DNA of 64,000 nucleotides from Callorhinchus milii (taxonomy: Eukaryota). The DNA is taken from the NCBI RefSeq assembly GCF_018977255.1, contig NW_024704743.1:53632001-53696000 (forward strand). The letters are read 5' to 3'. The notes beneath the pieces are model-generated. The model was given only the letters and a program-made list of their open reading frames with translations, was not told the origin of the DNA and made no database searches. Below are positions 55,301 to 64,000 of the stretch, in pieces; position 1 is the stretch's first letter, and each line of letters opens with the position of its first letter. The position numbers were made by a program, and so were the translations under genes.

Positions 55301-56255
55301 AGAACCTACAGACAGACTACAGTGAGAGCCTACAGACAGACTACAGTGAGAACCTACAGACAGACTACAGTGAGACGCTACAGACAGACTACAGTGAGAG
55401 GCTACAGACAGACTACAGTGAGAGGCTACAGACAGACTACAGTGAGAACCTACAGACAGACAACAGTGAGAGCCTACAGACAGACTACAGTGAGAGGCTA
55501 CAGACAGACTACAGTGAGAGCCTACAGACAGACTACAGTGAGAGGCTACAGACAGACTACAGTGAGAGGCTACAGACAGACTACAGTGAGAGGCTACAGA
55601 CAGACTACAGTGAGAGCCTACAGACAGACTACAGTGAGAGCCTACAGACAGACTACAGTGAGAGGCTACAGACAGACTACAGTGAGAGGCTACAGACAGA
55701 CTACAGTGAGAGGCTACAGACAGCCTACAGTGAGAGGCTACAGACAGACTACAGTGAGAGGCTACAGACAGACTACAGTGAGAGGCTACAGACAGACTAC
55801 AGTGAGAGCCTACAGACAGACTACAGTGAGAGCCTACAGACAGACTACAGTGAGAGGCTACAGACAGACTACAGTGAGAGGCTACAGACAGACTACAGTG
55901 AGTGGCTACAGACAGACTACAGTGAGAGGCTACAGAGAGTCAGTCAGTCCCTCTTACCTGTTGGAACCGCAGCTCTGCCGCTGTGCTCCGGATCTGCAGC
56001 GCCAGAGACTCAGAATCACCAAAGCCTGGAGCTGATCGGGAAATTCTGGCCATAACATCAGCTTTTCGTGTCAAATCTTTCACAGGGAAAGCAGCAAAAC
56101 ATCCGAACAGCGCCAAGAAAACTTGGCAGAAATCTGCAGACAAAGAGAGAGACCAGAGGATTATAAACACCAGCTCCTCCAACAACCACTCCCAAGAAAA
56201 TTGTTTTTCACAAAGTTATTCCTTGTGGATTATACTAACATTGTGCAGAAGTCAT
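52386..56255 (-). CDS. il6: Interleukin-6-like cytokine, gene D (type 2, paralog of B), 5 coding exons, 212 aa
   Basis: Exons 56255-56240 (16 nt, MTSAQ+T|gttagt), 56133-55958 (176), 54452-54339 (114), 53284-53138 (147), 52571-52386 (186). GT-AG introns, open frame; signature C-SRTNYHKQT-C-LQAIVT-GL-MK-Y-KTS-L. Confidence 0.88.
53407..53508. repeat. 50-bp tandem duplication in intron 3 of gene D
   Basis: CACTTTTCCTGGTCTCTAT(C/T)AATCTTGTTAC(T/C)CATTAACCCCATGCTTGC twice, 2 mismatches. Confidence 0.9.
54508..55935. repeat. 24-bp minisatellite, ~59 units, in intron 2 of gene D
   Basis: Unit ACAGTGAGAG(CC/GC)TACAGACAGACT with variants (GAACC, GACCC, GACGC); one unit near 54830 is 4 bp short. Confidence 0.97.
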
Positions 56256-56298
56256 TGTTAAAATGTGTTGCTTACTGTATTGCTGAGGAACAGTGGCA

Positions 56299-56403
56299 TT
56301 TTATACCCTTCAGCTCTTTACTCCTGTGTTTATCACCGGATTGCCAATCATCTGTGGAAAATCCAAACTTGCAATTTCCTATCATTTTTTTGGGCCAACG
56401 TCA
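56299..56403 (-). promoter_or_regulatory. Gene D proximal promoter (TATA, C/EBP-like, NF-kB-like, CRE half site)
   Basis: TATAAAA on minus at 56305-56299; ATTGCCAAT ~56340-56348; TGGATTTTCC 56365-56356; TGACGTT 56403-56397. Confidence 0.6.
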
Positions 56404-57317
56404 AGGATTGATTGTTGCCTATTGATATGTCACCAAAGCAAACCTCCTCACCGGGATTACTAATACTCGATACAGGAAATGCCATTTTGCAATTTCCCAC
56501 CAGCACTACCAGGATCGCTCACCAGGGATGGCTTTACTGTGGGGTACTCAACCCTTCCAACAATAACATCATCATTTGGTCCCTTCAGTCCAAGACTGAT
56601 GTGTGGGACACTGCTGTGCATACTTGACTGGCACGTTTCCCCCCACAATGTATACTGTCGCTACACTTTACAGTCTATTCCGTGAAGCGCTTTGAGATGT
56701 CTTGAAGATGTGATAAGGCGCAAACGCAAGGATTATTATTATATTTATTGTTATAAATGAAAGGTAACTTAATCGTGACCTGTATGTCAAATTAAAGATT
56801 GAAGCCACATAAGCCCGTGACTGGATCACTCTGTAATATTCTACTGTGTATTAAGGACATGAGATTCGGGGGAGTTTGGTAAATTTGTGGTCAAAGTTTC
56901 CAGTTCTGTGCTCACAATTGTGGGCATTTGTTCATTTTGTGTTATTGATATGTGAAGACTTTCATGTTCATTTATTTTTAAAACACAGTCCATAATTAAG
57001 TTACTGCTGTGAATTTTTGTACAGTAGTAACCAAGCACTCCGAGATACTACCCTGCGTGAAGGGCGCTATATAAATGCAAGTTGTTGTATTTTTGCTTAA
57101 AGAAATTGCATTTTTGTCAGCCTGTCTCAGTTGCAAGCACTCTTGCTTCTGAGTTAAAAGGATGTGAGTTCAAGCCTCAGTTTTTGGATTTTGAGTTTAC
57201 AGTTTAGGCTTATATTCCATTACAGTGCTAGGGGAGCACTGTATTCCTCAATTATAATTCTTACATTTGATATAGTACCTTTCATGTTAGGATGATGTCT
57301 CAAAGAGCTTCACTGGA

Positions 57318-57694
57318 TAATAATAATAATCATCCTTGCATTTGATCACCATCTTATCACGTCTTTGAGATGTCTCAAAGCACTTAACAGAATATACTAT
57401 AAAGTGAATTGACTGTATATTTTGTGGGTGAAATGCAGCAGCCAATTGAGCACAACAGTGTCCCACAAACAGTTGTAAATTGAGTGATCAATTTATCATT
57501 TTTTTACTTTTGAAGGAATTATTACCCCTAGAAAATGGATCTGCCAATCGACTAACAACCAGGTTCCTATTTACTGCTAGGTAAACAGAGGCTTGTGGAG
57601 TAAGGAAACATGCCCAATGTTTCACCCTGCCGGGAATTGAACCCAAGTCTCTCCCTTGCGAGGCGAGTGTTCTAACCACTGAGCTACATGACTC
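57318..57694 (-). mobile_element. tRNA-derived SINE, longer variant
   Basis: Head, internal segment and tail present. Confidence 0.8.
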
Positions 57695-58789
57695 TACTTA
57701 TATTGTATAGGATATACTGCAAAGTGAATTAACTGTGATTGTGGGCATAAGAGGCAGCCAATTTGCACACAACAATTTCCCACAAACACCCATGATATTA
57801 ATTTTATTTGGTGCATTCTTGTCCAGAACATTGAGAGAAATTCCCTTCTCTTTTCAAGCAGTGCTAATGAGATGTTTAATGTCCACCTGAAAAGGTGTTT
57901 CATGCAGAGATGTGTTGCTCACCCAGGAAGCTCACAGGAAGTACCTGGTAGCTGCTACCCACCAATTGAGGGCTCAAACCCCCGCCTGCCAAATAGCAAA
58001 TTAGCAACTGGTGACGTCCTCCATGGGGAGAGTTAAGAAGGATTTCTTTGAACCTAAGATGACTCCAAGATAGTGTGTTTGGATACATGATATCAGAGTT
58101 GACCAACACTCTGTGGCGGTCTTAGTAGTTCAGTTCCTGACCCAGATAGAGCACTGCTGTTCACGACCAGCCAGCCTGGCTTGTCAATTGCACGTGCAGG
58201 CTATGCGGTTTTAGGTGGTTAAACTCCAGCACTACTCTTAACACAAACTTTAGGATTCCCAAGCTTTGGGTCTCGCCAACCTGTGCCTAACACCCTACGG
58301 AAATATACAAGTACGGTGTGTCCCTCCAGAGAATGAGTGCGTATTTTACTCCAGACCCAGAAAAACGTCCAGATATAGGTGGCATACATTTGTAGACCTT
58401 GCTGTATGGTTTGGATACGCAATAAATCATCCTGTGTGAAGGGCGCTATATAAATGCAAGTCGTTGTTGTTTCCACATGGGTCAGACATCTGATTGACCC
58501 CCAAAAAATACTATTCAAAAAGAGTCAGTAGTTTTTCCTGGCGTCCTGGCTGACAATCTCCCAAATCAAATTGGTCATTCACTCCAGGGCTGTTTGCGGG
58601 ACATTGCCGTGTACAAATTGGCCGCCACGTTCAAAACATTTTAAGGTAAAAATCTGCATTTTAAGGTAAGAATCTGGGAAATTGAGAAAATTCAATTTTC
58701 TCAAAACTTATTTCTCCCCTCGCACCTTCGTCAGAACCAGGGACAGATGCAATAGGTGCTGGAAGAGTACACTGGATTGTGTATTTCCG

Positions 58790-59022
58790 ACTTCCGTATA
58801 TAATTAGGAAGGAAATAGTGGTTAAATTCTGGGAATATCCCTTCAGCTTCTCCCTGTGTGATACGGGATTACTAAACAGCCACAGGCGCGTCAGTTGACG
58901 TCTTGCGGAGCAGCTGTAACTCTCTCAGGCTTTGACTCATGCTTTTAGTCACTAAAGTGTTTGATCAGAGTCGTATATTTTCCTCTCCGATCAGTTAGAT
59001 GTAATCACAAGATATTGCAAAT
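58790..59022. promoter_or_regulatory. Candidate distal inflammatory promoter/enhancer module
   Basis: ETS ACTTCCG 58790-58796, TATATAA 58797-58803, near-palindromic kB GGGAATATCCC 58831-58841, CRE-type CGTCA/TGACGTC 58889-58902, AP-1 TGACTCA 58933-58939, C/EBP-like ATTGCAAAT 59014-59022, in non-repeat, locally CpG-richer sequence. Confidence 0.5.
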
Positions 59023-59509
59023 AATATGGAATAGCAAAACGCATCTCGAGATGCGGGTACTCTGCGGGAGCTGCCGAGGAGTGATTTCGGGACACTCGAA
59101 GTGTAACACATTGATGCTAATGCCCAGACGTGGCTCCCTGTGTGTGGGAGGGTTTGCAAACCTTGTCAAGCTCTGGTGTTTTCCTGTTCTTGGCAACTGA
59201 GCATCGGAAGGAAATACAATTGCATCTCAACAACATCTGTCTGCAACCCGCACGACAGACCGACCACGATTGCACGGGCTCCAAAGCACAGATATATTGG
59301 GAGAAATTCCACCCGGGACTGGGTCTCCTCTTGTTTTCTCAGCATCTCAGAGTGTCCAGAATTTATCACGTTCGTGCAGATAGATTTAATTTTGAAGTTC
59401 ATTTTCCATAAGTTCTTCTGAGAACTGCAGCAAAACAATTCAAAGTTAAGGCTGAATTCAGCGACTTGCCTAATTGTGGATCTTCTACAATGCTAAGGGA
59501 ATAGAGTAA

Positions 59510-59722
59510 ATAATAAACAAACAAATAAACAAACAAACAAACAAACAAATAAACAAACAAATAAATAAATGAATAAATGAATAAATTAATAAATGAATAA
59601 ATTAATAAATTAATAAATTAATAAATTAATAAATTAACAAATGAATAAATTAATAAATTAATAAATTAATAAATTAATAAATTAACAAATTAATAAATTA
59701 ATAAATTAATAAATTAATAATA
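59510..59722. repeat. A-rich compound microsatellite (AAAC)n/(TAAATTAA)n
   Basis: Direct reading; abuts a SINE body at ~59720-59905. Confidence 0.9.
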
Positions 59723-61050
59723 ATCCCTAAAAGAAATTGGTCATTCAATCCACAACTGTTTCCAGGCTACTGCTGTACGTAATTGGTTGCTGAGTTTCGC
59801 CCACAAAATACACAGTCTATTCACTTTACGATGTATTCTGTGAAGTGCTTTGAGACGTCTCAACGACATGATAAGGCGCTATATCAAATGCAAAGATTAT
59901 TATTATTTTAAACAGAATATTTATCTTATCAGTCAGGGCAGGTTCAGCGCCCATAAAGTGTTCATGCCAGCCCACAAAATATTCCGATCATGTTCAGCAC
60001 ATGGGAGGGTGTTTTATCTTACCATAATGATAATAATATAACAATCATAATGCTTGCATTCCTTACATATAGCGCCTTTCACGTCGGGAGGATATATCAA
60101 AATGCTTCACAAGATTCACTGTAGAGTGTAGTGACTGTGTATTTGTAGGCAAACATGGCAGCCAATTTGCGCCCAACAATGCCTCACAAATCAAGTCCCA
60201 CATCCGTGAAGTGAATGTTTTATCTGGGGGATTATAAATTCATGTTTGCACCTCTCAGTTTGTATGGTTTGGAAGGGGTGGGACATATTGGGACATCCTC
60301 CCGACATGAAAGGCGCTATCCAAATGTAATTTTGTATTGTATTTTGTTTAGATATATGATATATATACTTTTTTTAAAAAAAACTGCCATTTGGAAAAAT
60401 ATTGTATTAATGTGTTCGCATTTTTAATCTGCTTAAGTCTCCCAACTTTATGGGAATGATTTATACATCAATATAATTCTGTTCAAAGGTTGTCGTCTTA
60501 TAGGGTAGACCAGTCACTGAGGGCAGGGAGTCATCTTAGCTCTTGTTAACCCTGCAAACCAAAGCGCTAACGGGTAGGGTGGTCCTAGCTGGACAAGCAG
60601 TGCTATCAATGGCAAACTGCGGTTTTAGCTGGTTAGACTCCAACAATCCCCCAACACACACTTTAGGGTCCTCAAGCCTTGGCTCTTACCAACCTGTGTC
60701 TAATGCTCTCCGGATTTGGGTAAGCAGGGTGTGGCCCTCCAGGGAGAGCGTGTACATTGTATTACAGTAAATACCTTGGGAAATTCCATGCAAAGGTGAG
60801 TCACATGAAATTCTCAAGTCTGGTTTGGATAAGCATGTGTCAGATACCCAGCTGAATGAGGAAAGAAAAGCTGACCCTCCAATGCAGTGTTAGGGGAATA
60901 CTTCATTGTCAAAGGTGCCATCCTTCAGATGAGATGTTAAACCATGATTCTGTCTGACTGTTCAGGTGGATGTTAAAGATCTCATGGCACTATTTGATTT
61001 ATAAATATCCAACTCCTTCAAAAATGATTCTAAGATGGTTAAGAGATAAC

Positions 61051-61170
61051 TTCTTGTAAAATGTATTATCATTGTACAGATCTCATGTTAAAATGTGTTT
61101 CTTACTATGTTTTAGAGAAACAATAGGATTTATAACCATCTCCAGTCCTTTACCCTTGTGTTTATTCCTG
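61051..61170 (-). pseudogene. Orphan IL-6 type-2 exon 1 / proximal promoter relic
   Basis: 61086-61071 reads ATGAGATCTGTACAAT, identical to gene B exon 1, followed by GATAAT instead of a GT donor. The intron-side flank resembles B 31470-31490; the 5' flank resembles D 56256-56335, including a TATA-like motif. No downstream exons found. Confidence 0.65.
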
Positions 61171-61785
61171 GGAATAATAATCCTCTGTTTGTGGGATATT
61201 GTGGGATGTTCTTCAAATGTGAAAGGTGCTATACCAAATGTAAGGATTGTAATTATTATTTTGGATCAGTAATTGGCAGTACTTTCCAGTATGAATATTA
61301 GTTTATGCCATCTCCTAGCCCCCCAGCACTGCTCGAACCCTCCACTTTGCTAACGCGGGCTTGCTGCGAGTCCCCTTCCCTCTCTGAGCCTTCAGATTCT
61401 ACATCTTGAATCTCCAGCATTCCCTCTCTCTCCCCTCTGTCTTCCCCCTCTTTATCCGTCTTTAAGTTCTGCCTTAGAACCTACCTCTTTGACTGCGCTT
61501 ATAGTCACCTCCCTTCTCACTTTTCCCTTTCTTGATGTCCAGCCCTGAATAGCACTTTGAAACTTTACCTTCCATGAAGGGCACTATAAAATGCAAGTTG
61601 TTGTTATATCAAATGTTATATCAAAGAATTATTATTATAAATAATTTACAGTTTTCTGTTGGAAATTAAATTACCACCATCTATCTCTGTACATTTCCTC
61701 TTTGAGCCAATGGGGGAGAATAACCACTTGGTGCACCAAGAAGCAATGCGGGTTTAGACCAAAAGATCTCTCTTAAAATACAATA

Positions 61786-62080
61786 CTAATAATCCTTGCA
61801 TTTGATATATTGCCTTATCACAGTGTTGAGAGATCTGAATAAGCTTCAAAGAAGATATCGTAAAGTGTATATTTTGTGGGCGAAATGTGGCAGCCAATTG
61901 TGTACAGCAGTGTTCCACAAACAGTTGTAGATTGGGTGACCAAATTACCAAATTATTATTATTTGGTATTATTATTATTGCCTCCGGAAAGCGATCCATG
62001 AATCGACTAACAATCAGGTTCCTATTTACTGCTAGGTAAACAGAAGCGTGTGGAGTAAGGAAACTTGCCTAAGGTTTCGC
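61786..62080 (-). mobile_element. SINE, longer variant, 5'-truncated
   Basis: Body and tail match 57318-57694. Confidence 0.7.
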
Positions 62081-64000
62081 TCAACAAGGATAGTATAGAG
62101 TGAATACTGTATTTATTTCATGAAATCTTTGAAATGATCTTCATGGCAATTGATAATAAATAATAATAATCCTGGTATTTGATGTAATTTGATTGGATCA
62201 ACATCCCCATCGCCCCAGTTCTTGCCAGGCTTTGTTGGCTCTTGGTTGCAGAATGGATTGATATCAAGATTCTCTCATTTTCAAATGTCTTCACGCTCTG
62301 TCACCTCCCTCCTCTCTGATCTGCTCACACCCACTCACTACCTGCTGCCTTCGTTCAGCTATCTCAGGTCTGCTACACTTCCCTCATCCTCTCTGCTCCT
62401 TGATGTTCTTGAGGTCCAAGTCCATTGAGGCGTGTCAGACTTACTCAGCACCAGCTGCTCTATCTAGGTCCTCAAAGGGGCCTTGGCAAATAGACATGCC
62501 CACTGTGAAACCACCTCCACCTTCAGGATGTTCAATGACAGGACAGTTTAGGCCAGAGCCCTTCCTCCCTGTAGCTGCTTCCCGTGTTCGCCACAAATCC
62601 GCCTCACTGCTTGATCCTGTACTTTGCAGATGGGTCAGAGGAAGCCTCTCTGTTATATCCCAGGAGCTCAGATCCATAAAGCAGGACTGTTTGCACACAG
62701 ATCTTGTATGCCACAAGCCTGACCTGCATTGGGACCTTGCTGTCCTTTAAGAAGGATGAGCATGACCAGAGTGCCCTTCCCACTTCTCAGCGTGGTACTT
62801 CAGCTTCACAATTGACAGCTGTGCTTTCAGCCACTGTGCACCAAATCTCTAGAACTCTCTGCCCCAATCCTTCCATTTTGCCCCCTCTTTGCCCACCTTC
62901 AAATCACACCTGAAGACTTTTTTCTTTGACCATGCCTTTGGTTACCTGCCCTCTCTTTACGGCTCGATGTCAAACTACAGCACTGTGAAGCGCTCGGAGA
63001 TGCTATCCCGTGTGACGGGCACTATATAAACACAAGCACATTGAGACGTCATCCCTACCTGAAAGGCACAAATTATTGATGTTCCTCCTTTCATGTAGGG
63101 ATGATGTCTCAACGCACTTCACAGGATATACTGGGCCATGAACAGTGTTTATTGTTGGCAAATGTTACAAACCATGGAGCTTGCTCCCCAATTTTATTAC
63201 ATCACAGAGCTTTTAATCCCATTTTCCACCTATTCTTCATAACTACTGATAACCCTTACTTCTCAATTTGAGCACTGTTCTGCAGTCATTTTCTCCAGAA
63301 CTTCTTTTTATCTCCTCCCATGCTTTCCCCCCAAACGAAACAAAGAAATGTATGCAAGTGTTGCTTTATTTAAAAAAAATTGTTGTCGTTATATTTTCCT
63401 GCTGGAAGTTATAAAACACTTTGAATCCTGTCGAATCTCTTGTGGCTTTTTAACACTCTTCCGGCTCGAGGGTAGAGAGGAAATGCTGCACTTTATTGAT
63501 ACCTTCAAAGAGAACATGACATTTGTTTTAGTTGGACAAGCAGTGGGAACCTCACCAGACAGTGCTTTCAATGGCAAGTTATGTAATTTTAGTTGGTTGA
63601 ACTCCAGCAGTTCCCCAACGCACATTCTGTGGGATCTGCAAACCTTGGTTCTTGCCAACCTGCGCCTAATGTGGTAAGCAGTGTACATCCCTCCAGCGAG
63701 AGAGATTGAGTTCCATTCCAGACACAGGAATTTCCATGAGGAGATGACATACATGGATCGGTCAGCTTGGGTTGGATACTCTTAAGTATGGTGATGCATT
63801 TCCGCATGTGTCAGACACCTGGATGACCAAAACCAAATATGACACATACAGTAGAAAATGAGAATGTTTAATGTTACCTGCTTATCAGAAATGAAAATGA
63901 ATAATCACAGTATAGTGTTCCAGAAAAGGGTGAGGTAGCTCAGGTTGAGCATGAATGTTTATCAAAAATAGAGAATATTAAACCCAAACGGTTAACATAG

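Noticed and set aside
54508..55935. CRISPR-like array
   Set aside because: Head-to-tail repeats with no unique spacers and no cas genes, in a vertebrate context.
54482..56035. 517-aa plus-strand ORF with YSESLQTD / RQTTVRGY repeats
   Set aside because: It is the stop-free reading of the 24-bp intronic minisatellite, antisense to gene D, with a non-ATG start; the paralogous B intron lacks it.
55940..56185. Single-exon N-terminus MLEELVFIILWSLSLSADFCQ for gene D
   Set aside because: Non-ATG start; the extension is intron 1 polypyrimidine tract and is out of frame in B. A 16-nt ATG exon with a GT donor fits all four paralogs.
58961..59438. Overlapping short ORFs in CpG-richer unique sequence
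   Set aside because: No recognisable domain or exon structure; more plausibly regulatory.

Overview
This is eukaryotic, repeat-rich vertebrate DNA, so most ORF-track entries are repeat artefacts. The tRNA-headed SINEs with (TTA)n tails, Deu-domain SINEs, and L2 and CR1 LINEs suggest a cartilaginous fish, probably a chimaera (inference). The only host genes I can build are four intact five-exon interleukin-6 (IL-6)-like genes, all on the minus strand, labelled A (5596-10188, 219 aa), B (29267-31506, 212 aa), C (34988-38248, 223 aa) and D (52386-56255, 212 aa). They form two types, A/C and B/D, alternating as D-C-B-A in transcription order. Within each pair, near-identical blocks (including helix D) alternate with strongly diverged blocks (exon 4, helices B/C). 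Gene C has lost both cysteines of the first disulfide, and B/D replace the site-I Phe. The 3'UTRs hold conserved hairpins, one resembling the mammalian IL6 Regnase-1 element. Also present: an orphan IL-6 exon 1 with a dead splice donor (~61.07 kb), a TATA/NF-kB/CRE/AP-1 module at ~58.8 kb, a 24-bp minisatellite expansion in intron 2 of D, and a nested L2>CR1>CR1 insertion. Gene models were spliced by hand and no database search was possible.
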